NCBI RefSeq assembly: GCF_000015225.1
Contig: NC_008698.1
Coordinates: 810,001-842,000, forward strand
Length of the DNA stretch: 32,000 nt
Reading direction: 5' to 3'
From: Thermofilum pendens Hrk 5
GTDB lineage: Archaea > Thermoproteota > Thermoprotei > Thermofilales > Thermofilaceae
Positions 16,644 to 25,959 of the stretch are shown here, one piece after another. Made by a program: the position numbers and the translations under genes. How positions within the stretch are numbered: the first letter of the stretch is position 1; every line of letters begins with the position of its first letter. The notes beneath the pieces were generated by a model. That model did no database searches. It was not told the origin of the DNA and was given only the letters and a program-made list of their open reading frames with translations.

Positions 16644-16970
16644 ATGGAGTACGTGTATGCAAGCCTGTTGCTGTACCACGCTGGGAAGGAGATAAGCGAG
16701 GAAAACGTGAAGCGCATACTCGAAGCTGCAGGAATACAGGTTGACGACGTCAGGGTAAAAGCTCTAGTCGCGGCATTGAAGGAAGTGAACATAGAGGAAG
16801 CACTTAAAACCGCCGCCCTACCAGTCGCGGTAGGAGCCCCGGCCCCAGCTACGGCGCCCGCGCAGGCTCCGCCCGCCGAGGAGAAGAAGGAGGAGAAGAA
16901 AGAGGAGAAGAAGGAAGAGGTAAAGGAGGAAACGGTCGAAGAGGGTCTCGCGTCCCTCTTCGGCTTCTAG
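16644..16970 (+). CDS. rpl12: 50S ribosomal stalk protein P1 (L12e)
   Basis: [31 protein letters not shown]..., an Ala/Pro hinge, an EEKKEE repeat and C-terminal GLASLFGF. True ATG at 16644; the track start at 16635 is GTG. Confidence 0.9.
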   Translation: MEYVYASLLLYHAGKEISEENVKRILEAAGIQVDDVRVKALVAALKEVNIEEALKTAALPVAVGAPAPATAPAQAPPAEEKKEEKKEEKKEEVKEETVEEGLASLFGF

Positions 16971-16981
16971 GAAGACGGTAC

Positions 16982-17665
16982 ATGTGCTTTCATGACGCTA
17001 TTTCTTTGCTGCGAAGCCTGGTGGTAGCGGGTACTCTCTGGGTAGCGGCTTACCAAGACTTCAGAACGCGCGAGATCGACGACAAGGTATGGATTGCGGG
17101 AACCCTTCTGGCAACCCCCCTCCTCGCGGCGGAGCTAGCTTCTGGAAGAATCGTACTCCAACTCTACCTGTTATCCCTAGCTGTAAGCCTCGCCTTGGCA
17201 GTTCTATCCCTTAAACTGGGCTTAACTGGTGAAGCCGACGCCATAGCCTTCGCTTTCCTGGGCTTCTTCGAGCCGCCGAGGCTATCCCCGCTCTTCGCCG
17301 TGCCACTGGGAACGATCCTGCTCCTCTCCCTCGTACCAACAGCCTTCTTCGCGGCTTACAACGTCTACTGGAACCTCGGCAAGCCTCAGAAATTCGAGGG
17401 CTACAGGCTGAATACTCTCGAAAGGTTGGTTGCACTCGTAGCTATGAGGTACGTCTCCAGGGAGGAGTACGAAAGGTACTCCTACATGCTCGCCCCCGCC
17501 ACGAGGGTAGACGCGGATGGGCTTAAAATAGAGATAGGCGTCGGAATCCCGGGCCGCGCCGAGCCCCCGTCCCTCCCCGGCTTCTGGGCGACAGCGCTAG
17601 CCCCCTATGTTACCTTCATAGCCCTAGGCTACTCTGCCTACCTAGCCTTATGCTGGTTGCTTTGA
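16982..17665 (+). CDS. type IV prepilin/preflagellin peptidase-like (A24 family, PibD/FlaK-like) membrane aspartyl protease
   Basis: Polytopic membrane protein with a first Asp motif YQDFRTREIDDKVW and a second LTGEADAIAF (GxxDA-type). The size and topology fit archaeal A24 peptidases. ATG start is 11 nt after the P1 stop. Confidence 0.65.
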   Translation: MCFHDAISLLRSLVVAGTLWVAAYQDFRTREIDDKVWIAGTLLATPLLAAELASGRIVLQLYLLSLAVSLALAVLSLKLGLTGEADAIAFAFLGFFEPPRLSPLFAVPLGTILLLSLVPTAFFAAYNVYWNLGKPQKFEGYRLNTLERLVALVAMRYVSREEYERYSYMLAPATRVDADGLKIEIGVGIPGRAEPPSLPGFWATALAPYVTFIALGYSAYLALCWLL

Positions 17666-17854
17666 GGCTGCTCACAAAAGCTTTTTTGACGTGCATGCAG
17701 TGATTCACTTGAGCAATGATCGGAAATCCGGGTACTGAGCAGATGAAGAACAGGGCTAGGTGGAGAGCTCCTCGCTCAGCCAGCGAGAAGCCAAGTTCAA
17801 GTATGGGAAGACGAAAAGAAATCTTTCGGGAACCCGCCTAACCCTTTTCCGCGC

Positions 17855-18559
<705 letters not shown>

Positions 18560-18635
18560 TTATCGAGCTTAAAAGCTTTGAGAATTAAATGTAGAAAGTA
18601 ACGGATTTATCGTCTTCGGCGGTATACTGGTTAGG

Positions 18636-19760
18636 ATGCGGTTTAGGGAGGAATACGAGTACATATCGCTCATAAGGCCCGACTCGGTGACCGTTTGGGA
18701 GTACCCCGAGGTCAGGGAGAGGCTTTCACACTACCTCGGCGTGCTCAGGGGTGAGAAGCCGGCGCGCTACCGCGTTGCCAGAAGAATGCCCGTAGATTAC
18801 GATGAAAAGGCGCCCCTCGAGGAGCTTCTCGACGTGCATAGGAGCTACTCCAGAGATTTTGAAAAGGTTTACGCGGAGTCCGTGGAGAAGGGCTTGGAGA
18901 AGAATTTGCCGAGCAAGTCGTACCTCGACTTGAAGATCGAGATCGCAAAGAGAATGCTTCGTAGCTGCTTTTTCTGCGAGTGGCGTTGCATGGTGAACAG
19001 AGAGGAGGGCAAGAGGGGCGTCTGCGGGCTAGGCAAGGAGGTGCGTGTTGCTAGCGCTTTCCTCCATGTCGGGGAGGAGGCGCCGCTAGTACCGTCCGGG
19101 ACAATTTTCTTCACGGGTTGTAGCTTCAAGTGCGTGTATTGCCAGAACTGGGATATCTCCACCAGGGTTGATAACGGCGAGAAGGTTACTCCACAGGAGC
19201 TCGCAGGAATAGCCACCGCCCTGTACCTCAGGGGGGCCAGGAACATTAACTACGTGGGCGGGAACCCGGATCAGCAGCTCCACGTTATACTCGAGTCGTT
19301 GCGCTACATGGACGTAAATGTCCCACTGCTGTGGAACTCCAACATGTACATGTCGCAGGAGGCTCTATCACTGCTCCTAGACGTGGTGGACATATGGCTA
19401 CCGGACTTCAAGTACGGTAATGACGATTGCGCTAGGAGGCTCTCCGGGGTTCCAAGGTACTTCGAGGTTGTTTCGAGAAACCACAAAGTAGTCTGCGACG
19501 CAGGCAGAGACATAATCATCAGGCACCTGGTGCTCCCGTCGCACGTAGAGTGCTGCACCAAGCCCGTCCTGAAATGGATCTCGGAAAACTGTCCAAGAGC
19601 GCTTGTCAACGTGATGGACCAGTATAGGCCCGAGCACCTCGTGGCGAGGTTCCCACAAAGGTGGCCCGAGATAGCTAGGCGCCCAACCGCTAGCGAAATA
19701 AGAGAGGCCTACGAGTACGCGGATAGGCTGGGTCTAGCATGGAGGCCGGTCTCTCTGTAG
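18636..19760 (+). CDS. radical SAM protein, PflX-like (pyruvate formate-lyase activase homologue, COG1313-type)
   Basis: CSFKCVYCQNW is the CxxxCxxC radical SAM cluster motif. An upstream cysteine-rich region is CFFCEWRC...GVCG. ATG start. Confidence 0.7.
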   Translation: MRFREEYEYISLIRPDSVTVWEYPEVRERLSHYLGVLRGEKPARYRVARRMPVDYDEKAPLEELLDVHRSYSRDFEKVYAESVEKGLEKNLPSKSYLDLKIEIAKRMLRSCFFCEWRCMVNREEGKRGVCGLGKEVRVASAFLHVGEEAPLVPSGTIFFTGCSFKCVYCQNWDISTRVDNGEKVTPQELAGIATALYLRGARNINYVGGNPDQQLHVILESLRYMDVNVPLLWNSNMYMSQEALSLLLDVVDIWLPDFKYGNDDCARRLSGVPRYFEVVSRNHKVVCDAGRDIIIRHLVLPSHVECCTKPVLKWISENCPRALVNVMDQYRPEHLVARFPQRWPEIARRPTASEIREAYEYADRLGLAWRPVSL

Positions 19761-20761
19761 GCGGCTACGAGGTGGACCTGCGCCCCGTCCGAGAGATCAG
19801 GAAGCTGGGGGCGCGCAGAGTTCTACTTCAGGCTCCCGACGGGCTCAAACACGTCGCCAGAGAGCTGGCGGCAAGGCTTGCCGCTGACGGCGTCGAAGCA
19901 TACGTTTCGGGCGGGCACGCTTGGGGAGGGTGCGACGTAGCCTTGCAGGAAGCTCGGGCAATCAACGCCGACGCGATACTGCACTTAGGGCACCACGGCT
20001 TCGTGGGCGCTAGGGTGGACGCGCCCCCTGTCATCTTCGTGCCTGTCTACTACGAGGGTTTGCTTTTCGAAACCTTCGAGAAAGTCGTGAGGAACGTAGC
20101 CCTCAAGGGGTACAGGAGGGTAACTATAGGCACGACTTACCAGCACGCGAAGTACTTCTCCAGGCTCGTGAGGCTCGCCGAGGATGCCGGGCTAACGGTT
20201 GCAGGGAGGCACCTCGACGGGTACCTTGGGCTGGTAGTCGGGTGCAACTATGCGGCACTCGCCGAGGACGCTGAGGCCGTGATCGTAGTGGCTGGCGGCG
20301 TCTTCCACGCTCTGGGAGCGGCGCTCTGGACCGGCGCGCCCACGTGGAGGGTAGATCCGTACACTGGGGACTACGGGCCCGTTGACGTAAAGCCGATTGT
20401 AGCCAGGAGGCTCAGAGACCTCTCCCGCGCCATAGAGGCTAGAAGCTTCCTAGTGGCGGTATCGTCAAAGACGGGCCAGAGGAGGCCGGAGATCGCGCGG
20501 AGAATCAGGGATCTCCTCGCGGAGCGCGGGCTGCGGGCTGAGCTCGCAGTGTTCGACGAGGTCACAAGAGAGGGTCTGCTCAACCTAGGCTCCTACGACG
20601 CCTACGTCAACACGGCTTGCCCGAGGCTCGCAGTCGATGACCCCGACTTATTTCCTGGGCCCGTGGTAAACCCAGGGGAACTTAAGTACGTCCTAAAGGG
20701 GAGCCTAGAGGGTTACTCGCCCCGGGATCTCTTCCGCTTCGACGTCCTGGCCCCGCCGTAG
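19739..20761 (+). CDS. dph2: 2-(3-amino-3-carboxypropyl)histidine synthase Dph2 (diphthamide biosynthesis)
   Basis: YEVDLRPVREIRKLGARRVLLQAPDGL, GGCDV, ADAILHLGH, LGLVVGCNY, GGVFHALG and NTACPRLAVDD parallel P. horikoshii Dph2 as I recall it. ATG start overlaps the radical SAM gene by 22 nt. Confidence 0.85.
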   Translation: MEAGLSVGGYEVDLRPVREIRKLGARRVLLQAPDGLKHVARELAARLAADGVEAYVSGGHAWGGCDVALQEARAINADAILHLGHHGFVGARVDAPPVIFVPVYYEGLLFETFEKVVRNVALKGYRRVTIGTTYQHAKYFSRLVRLAEDAGLTVAGRHLDGYLGLVVGCNYAALAEDAEAVIVVAGGVFHALGAALWTGAPTWRVDPYTGDYGPVDVKPIVARRLRDLSRAIEARSFLVAVSSKTGQRRPEIARRIRDLLAERGLRAELAVFDEVTREGLLNLGSYDAYVNTACPRLAVDDPDLFPGPVVNPGELKYVLKGSLEGYSPRDLFRFDVLAPP

Positions 20762-21588
20762 TAAAGCTCCTTGAGAAGAAGCGCGTCCTGCTCTAGGTTT
20801 GGGCTCTCCGAAATAACTACTCCCTTAACATTGTAGTCCCTGAGGACCTTCACGAGTAGCTTGTAGTCCAGGTCGGCCTCCGTGAGGTTGAGGTGCCTGA
20901 TCTCCCCTTTCTCACCGTACTCGATGCCGGATACGTGGATATGCATGTTGTCGAGTGCTATTCTGCCGAGCCTGCTTTCGAGTGCATCCAGCACCGCGGC
21001 GAAGTCCTGGTACTGCCTGAGCGCGCCTTTACCCCTAGCGTGCAAGTGGGCAAAGTCGATCGTAGGCAGTACATTCTCCACTTCCTCGCTTAGTCGAATA
21101 ACTTCCTCCAATGAACCGAACTCCGAGGGCTTGCCGAGAACCTCGGGCCTAAGCCATATCTCGACGCCTTCGTCTCGAAGTTGCCTCGCGATCGCGGCTA
21201 CCTCCGACTTTATCCTGGCGTACGCGGACTCCGGCTCGCTGTCCCCGTAGTACCCCGCGTGGAAGCAGACGCTCCAAGCGCCAGCCTTGAAGCCTACCTC
21301 GGCGCTCCTCAACACCCTCTCCGCGCTGGCCTTCACCTTCGACTCATCGGCGCTGTTCAGGTTGACGTAGTAGGGAGCGTGGACCGTGAGCACTATTTCC
21401 AGCTCGTGCCGCAACTTCTTGACCTCCTGAGCGCTCTTATCGTCCAGGAAGATCTTCCTCACGAACTCTATCTCCATGGCATCCAGCCCGAGCCGCTTAA
21501 CCTCAAGCATCCCCTCCTTTACACCACCCTTAGAAACCGTGGTCGGTATCCCGGCAGGCCCGAAATACAGCTTATCAGGTTTCCACAT
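20713..21588 (-). CDS. nfo: endonuclease IV-like TIM-barrel protein (AP endonuclease family 2)
   Basis: HAPYYVNLNS, CFHAGYYG, LRPEVLG, IDFAHLHARG and NMHIHVSG follow the Nfo metal-ligand pattern. True ATG at 21588 (MWKPDKLYFGPAG); the track start at 21606 is GTG. Its 3' end overlaps dph2 by 49 nt (convergent). Confidence 0.7.
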   Translation of the reverse strand: MWKPDKLYFGPAGIPTTVSKGGVKEGMLEVKRLGLDAMEIEFVRKIFLDDKSAQEVKKLRHELEIVLTVHAPYYVNLNSADESKVKASAERVLRSAEVGFKAGAWSVCFHAGYYGDSEPESAYARIKSEVAAIARQLRDEGVEIWLRPEVLGKPSEFGSLEEVIRLSEEVENVLPTIDFAHLHARGKGALRQYQDFAAVLDALESRLGRIALDNMHIHVSGIEYGEKGEIRHLNLTEADLDYKLLVKVLRDYNVKGVVISESPNLEQDALLLKELYYGGARTSKRKRSRGE

Positions 21589-21695
21589 ACTAAGCAATCT
21601 CTCCACGCGAGCCTAAAAACTTGATCAAAGGCGACGGCGACTTATCTGGCGGTAAAGTAAATAAAAAGATGGGTGAAGTGGTTAAGGGGGTTGCA

Positions 21696-22832
21696 ATGTC
21701 GCTTCCGTTTACACCTGCTACTGAGAAGCAGAAGATGTTGCTGGGAGCTCTCGAAAGCCCGGACGTGGACCTAGTGGGGGTCTTCGGTCCCAGCGGTACG
21801 GGGAAAAGCTTCGTCGTGCTCCTCTACGGCCTCTCTGCGGTTCGGAGCGGGAAGTACAAGAGGATGGTGGTCGTAAAGCCTCTAGTAAGCCTCTCCAGGT
21901 CTAAGGTACTCGACTCCAGCGAGATGGGTAACCTCTTCTTCGAGATAGCCTCCTCCTACGTGGAAGACGTGGCCGGCGACTACGTAGACCTGAAGGAGCT
22001 TAGGGAGATGTTCGACCAGAGAAAGGTGGTGTTCGTCGACCCGGACTTCCTCGCAGGTAGGACTTTCGACAACAGCCTGGTCTTCCTGGACGACGTCCAG
22101 TACGCCTCGCCCGACCTCGTGACGGAGTGCATCATTAGAACCGGGAAGAACTCCAAGCTCGTAATAGCTGGTGACCCCATACTCCAGGCGCTCGAAGGAA
22201 AGACGAGAAACACTGCCGCTATAGCCCGGGAGTTGCTCCTCGGGGAGGAGAGGTCCCTCGTTATAAACATGGGTATAAACGACATAGTGAGGCCCGGCTC
22301 CAAGAGAGGCTTCAAGCTGGCGCTCGAGTCAAGGTTGAGGCGCAGGGCCCTCAGCGAAGAGGAGGAGAAGGTGAAAGCGATACTTCAAAGCCATGCCCCT
22401 GACGCCGACGTGGTGACCGTGGTCTGGCTAAAAGACCTGAAGGAAAAGTTCGGCGCGCACACAGCCCCCGATGTCCTGGCGGTCGCGAAGGAGAATACCC
22501 TGAGCAGGCTTATAGGGAAGAAGGGCGAAAGGATAAACAAGGCCCAGGAGGAGGCGGGGGTCCAGATAAGGGCTGTCGAGTTGACGCAGGATCTCGGGGA
22601 GATAGTGAAGGCAATACACCCAGTGGGGTGGATCAGGAAGCATATCACGAGCGTAGAGATAGAGGGCTCGGAGCTCGCCGTATACGTAAATCCCGACGAG
22701 TACGGAGCATTCGTAGGCAAACAAGGGTCCTACATCAGGTTCTTGGACGCCGCTGTACGGAGGCTTCTGGGGCTCGGGGTCAGGGGGAAGCACGCCGAGA
22801 AGACCGAGCAGCGAGGAGCAAAGAGGAAGTAA
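21696..22832 (+). CDS. PhoH-like ATPase with two C-terminal KH domains
   Basis: FTPATEKQKMLLGAL, Walker A GPSGTGKSF, VFLDDVQYASPD and IAGDPILQAL follow the PhoH motif order. The C-terminus carries KH GxxG loops LIGKKGERINK and FVGKQGSYIRF. ATG at 21696 lies ~33 nt downstream of AAATAAAAAG (21658-21667). The track start at 21621 is TTG. Confidence 0.75.
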   Translation: MSLPFTPATEKQKMLLGALESPDVDLVGVFGPSGTGKSFVVLLYGLSAVRSGKYKRMVVVKPLVSLSRSKVLDSSEMGNLFFEIASSYVEDVAGDYVDLKELREMFDQRKVVFVDPDFLAGRTFDNSLVFLDDVQYASPDLVTECIIRTGKNSKLVIAGDPILQALEGKTRNTAAIARELLLGEERSLVINMGINDIVRPGSKRGFKLALESRLRRRALSEEEEKVKAILQSHAPDADVVTVVWLKDLKEKFGAHTAPDVLAVAKENTLSRLIGKKGERINKAQEEAGVQIRAVELTQDLGEIVKAIHPVGWIRKHITSVEIEGSELAVYVNPDEYGAFVGKQGSYIRFLDAAVRRLLGLGVRGKHAEKTEQRGAKRK

Positions 22833-22838
22833 TGGGTA

Positions 22839-24734
22839 ATGAGCTACAAGGCAGTCATAGTAGCAGAGAAAAACTCTGTTGCGCGTGCAATAGCCAGCTT
22901 CCTAGGCGGGAGTAGCGTCCGGAGGTTCCGCGTCGAGAGGGTGCCTGCCTACGAGTTCCTCTGGGAGGGAGGAAAGCACCTATCCATAGGCGTGAGCGGG
23001 CACATACTTGACTTCGACTTCCCCGAGGAGTATAACAAGTGGGAGAGCGTCGACCCCCGGGTACTCTTCTTCACGAACCCCGTGCTCGTCACTCGGGAAG
23101 GCGCGTACATCTACGTCAGAGCCTTGAAGACTCTGGCCCGGCAGACGTCGACAGTGATACTCGCGCTTGACGCGGACGTCGAGGGCGAGGCGATAGCCTT
23201 CGAAGTGATGAGGATAATGAAGAGCGTGAACCCGGAGCTCGAGTTCCGTAGAGCGTGGTTCAGCGCGGTGACTAAAAGCGATATACTGGAGGCTTTCAGG
23301 AAGCTGAGGGAGCCGAACGAGAACCTGGCGAACAAGGCTTTTGCTAGGATGGTTGTAGACCTCACGATAGGTGCGAGCTTCACGCGTATACTCACTCTCT
23401 CGGCTAGGAGGAACGGCGGGGTAATGCCGAGGGGTAGCTTCCTGAGCTACGGGCCATGCCAGACGCCGGTCCTCTACCTGGTGGTTAAGAGGGAGCTCGA
23501 AAGGGAGCAGTTCAAGAAGAAGAAGTACTACGTCTTGAGGGTCAGGTTTAGGAGCCAGGAAGGCGTGTTCACGGCCTCCGCCACGTTCGAAGACCAGGAG
23601 AAAGCGAAGAGTGCTCTCGATAGCGTTAAGAGGACCGGCGTGGGGGTCGTTGTATCAGCGGAGTTCAACGCGGTAGAGGTGGAGCCCCCCGTTCCTCTGA
23701 ACACGGTGTACCTCGAGAGCAGGGCGAGCCTTTTCTTGAACCTCAGGCCCAAGGAAACTCTCTCGATAGCGGAGAAGCTTTACTCCTTCGGCTACATATC
23801 CTACCCGAGAACCGAGACCACAATCTACCCGCCGACGCTTAACCTGCGCGGAATAGCGTCCATGTTCACCAGGTGGGAGGACGCCGGCTGGTACGTAGCC
23901 AAGGTGCTTGCAAAAGGCTTCACGCCGACGCGGGGACGGGAAGACGACAAAGCCCACCCGCCCATCTACCCGACGAGGAGCGCGTCCCGCGAGGAGATAA
24001 CCAGAAGGTTCGGCGAGAAGGCGTGGAAAGTCTACGAGTACGTCGTCAGGCACTTCCTAGCAACGATCAGCGAGAACGCAGTAGTCGAGAGGCAGAGGGT
24101 AGTCGTGAAGGTGGGGGAGCTCTCCCTGCAGTCGGAGGGCCGAAAGCTGGTCTATGCTGGTTTCTACAACGTCTACAAGTACTCCGTCCCGAAGGACGAG
24201 CCCTTGCCGTACGTCGTGGAAGGAGAGGAAGTCGAAGTCGAGGATGCAAAAATCGAGGCGAGAACCACCCAGCCTCCACCCTACCTCAGCGAGTCTGAGC
24301 TACTCGCCCTGATGAAGAAGTACGGCATTGGTACGGATGCCACAATGCAGGAGCACATACACACCAACATAGAGAGGAGATACTTCGTAGTTAAGAACAA
24401 GCGGTGCATACCCACGCCTCTAGGCAGGACTCTCGCCCTGGCGCTCTACGAGACCGTCCCGGAGCTCGTACTACCAGAGGTGCGCGGCAAGATGGAAGCC
24501 TCACTCTCGAAGATAGCTACTGGCGAGAGAACCCCCGAGGAAGTCGTAAACGAGATGCGTAGCGAGTTCCTGGAGTACTACGACCGCCTAGTCGAGCGCA
24601 TAGACTACGTCTCCAAGAAGATAGTAGAGGGGCTGAAAATGGTCTTCCAGGACGAAAAGCAGCAAGCTCGAGCAGGCTCAGTGGGCGAAGAACGTTCGCG
24701 CTCCACGCGTACACACCGTAAAGGTAAAAAGTAG
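22839..24734 (+). CDS. topA: type IA DNA topoisomerase (topoisomerase III-like)
   Basis: Toprim N-terminus KAVIVAEKNSVARAIA...LALDADVEGEAIAFEV and active-site region GYISYPRTETT. 631 aa with a basic C-terminal tail and no obvious zinc fingers. ATG starts 6 nt after the PhoH-like stop. Confidence 0.9.
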   Translation: MSYKAVIVAEKNSVARAIASFLGGSSVRRFRVERVPAYEFLWEGGKHLSIGVSGHILDFDFPEEYNKWESVDPRVLFFTNPVLVTREGAYIYVRALKTLARQTSTVILALDADVEGEAIAFEVMRIMKSVNPELEFRRAWFSAVTKSDILEAFRKLREPNENLANKAFARMVVDLTIGASFTRILTLSARRNGGVMPRGSFLSYGPCQTPVLYLVVKRELEREQFKKKKYYVLRVRFRSQEGVFTASATFEDQEKAKSALDSVKRTGVGVVVSAEFNAVEVEPPVPLNTVYLESRASLFLNLRPKETLSIAEKLYSFGYISYPRTETTIYPPTLNLRGIASMFTRWEDAGWYVAKVLAKGFTPTRGREDDKAHPPIYPTRSASREEITRRFGEKAWKVYEYVVRHFLATISENAVVERQRVVVKVGELSLQSEGRKLVYAGFYNVYKYSVPKDEPLPYVVEGEEVEVEDAKIEARTTQPPPYLSESELLALMKKYGIGTDATMQEHIHTNIERRYFVVKNKRCIPTPLGRTLALALYETVPELVLPEVRGKMEASLSKIATGERTPEEVVNEMRSEFLEYYDRLVERIDYVSKKIVEGLKMVFQDEKQQARAGSVGEERSRSTRTHRKGKK

Positions 24735-24760
24735 ATACGCGGTCTATAGGGGAGAGCCTG

Positions 24761-25354
24761 GTGTCGGAGCACGCAAATACGTTCAACAGGAAGCTAGGAA
24801 GGACTTTGAGGTTCAAAGCGAAGTATATCGATATGTTGCTCAGCGGCGAGAAGGTAACGACGATAAGAAGGGGGATCGTCACGCCTACGAGGGACGAGGT
24901 TTTCCTGGAGAGCGATGGGAAGATATACGGCACGGCTAGAGTGAAGTCCGTCAGGTATACCAAGGTAAGTGAGCTAAACAGCGACGACGCCGTCCGGGAC
25001 GGCTTTGCGGATAAGGAGGATTTGAAGAAGGCCCTGAAGGAGATATACCCGGACCTCAAGGACGACGAGTGGGTGACAATAATATTCCTTGAAGACGTGA
25101 ACAGGTTCTCCAGCCCGCTCCCGCTCGAAGCGTTGCAGAGAGACATAGACTTCGAGAGAGCCTCCAGAATAGCGCAACTAGCGCTGGCGCACGGAGTGTT
25201 GAACGAGAAGCTCGCCAGGCAGGTTCTCGCTAGGGTCGCTCTCTCGGGCGACGTCAAGGACGCGGCGAGAAAGCTCGGAGTGGACGAAAACAAGGTGAAG
25301 ATAATACTTGCTAAAGCCGTGGAAGAGCTGAGAAAGAGGGGTGTAGAGGTTTGA
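24761..25354 (+). CDS. ASCH-domain protein (YqfB-like) with a C-terminal helical/HTH-like extension
   Basis: LRFKAKYIDMLLSGEKVTTIRRG...DLKKALKEIYPD...WVTIIFLE parallels E. coli YqfB (ILAGRKTITIR...ELKKVIADIYPG...YVIEFK) as I recall it. An extra ~85 aa contains DVKDAARKLGVDENKVKIILAKAVEELRK. GTG start. Confidence 0.65.
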   Translation: MSEHANTFNRKLGRTLRFKAKYIDMLLSGEKVTTIRRGIVTPTRDEVFLESDGKIYGTARVKSVRYTKVSELNSDDAVRDGFADKEDLKKALKEIYPDLKDDEWVTIIFLEDVNRFSSPLPLEALQRDIDFERASRIAQLALAHGVLNEKLARQVLARVALSGDVKDAARKLGVDENKVKIILAKAVEELRKRGVEV

Positions 25355-25959
25355 ACCGCGACTACGACCCGTGCGACGAGCTTTCCCTAGAGATCGTAGC
25401 CTCCGGTGAAGGCTACGAAGTAGCGCTGAAAGTCTCGAGACACCTGGCGGAAATCTGCCCGCGCATCGAGCAACTGGGAAGCCTCCTCGGAATGGCTAGG
25501 AGGAACCACGAGTTCACGAAGACTGTGGGAAGGTCTGAGCTGGCCCCTCTCTTATCGGAGCTTTCGAGGCTTCTCGGAGAGTTGTCGGAGGAATGCACAG
25601 TGCTACGGCCCGGGCTCAGCGTTGGAGGCCTGCTCCACGCTCTCGAAAAGCGCGGCTGGCTAGCCGAAGCCTCGGGCAACTCTGTCGAAACAAGGAGGGT
25701 GTTAGGGGAGGGGCGCGTACGGGTAGACGTGCGCTGCACAATTGTGTCCTCCTTCTTGGTAAGGGTACAGCTTCGAGTGAAGGTCCCGGTAGGCTCCGTC
25801 GCGGAGGGAGAAGAGGCGCGGCGCCGCTTCCTGCTGGCCGGCTACCGCGTGTCGTCGTCTTTCCCTGTGCTTACGGCGGAGAAGGAGCTCTTCCCCGTAT
25901 TTCTCTGCAACGTCGCGGAAGTCCTGGACAAAGAGATGGGAGAGATGGAGAGGATATGA
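25351..25959 (+). CDS. hypothetical protein (202 aa), translationally coupled on both sides
   Basis: TTG start overlaps the ASCH stop (TTGA), and its stop overlaps the DHH start (ATGA). No motif recognised. The composition looks protein-like rather than antisense R/S/P-rich. The first internal ATG is codon 48, so the start is uncertain. Confidence 0.5.
   Translation: MNRDYDPCDELSLEIVASGEGYEVALKVSRHLAEICPRIEQLGSLLGMARRNHEFTKTVGRSELAPLLSELSRLLGELSEECTVLRPGLSVGGLLHALEKRGWLAEASGNSVETRRVLGEGRVRVDVRCTIVSSFLVRVQLRVKVPVGSVAEGEEARRRFLLAGYRVSSSFPVLTAEKELFPVFLCNVAEVLDKEMGEMERI

Noticed and set aside
17716-17762. C/D-box-like arrangement ATGATCG, 12 nt, CTGA, GCA, GATGAAG in the gap between the peptidase and tpiA genes.
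   Set aside because: The C box is imperfect (ATGATCG). No CUGA D box follows at ~12 nt after the C'-like box, where I find GGTG/GTGG instead. The pattern is therefore incomplete.
24517-25293. 258-aa minus-strand ORF, very serine- and leucine-rich.
   Set aside because: It is antisense to the ASCH gene and the end of the topoisomerase gene. The composition is typical of an antisense frame in GC-rich coding DNA, and no motif is present.
25593-25955. Upstream 121 codons of track ORF 25593..26924 (MHSATARAQRWRPAPRSRK...).
   Set aside because: It is extremely R/G/A-rich and overlaps the better-looking ORF 25351-25959 in another frame. The DHH homology starts at ATG 25956 with an ATGA coupling junction.
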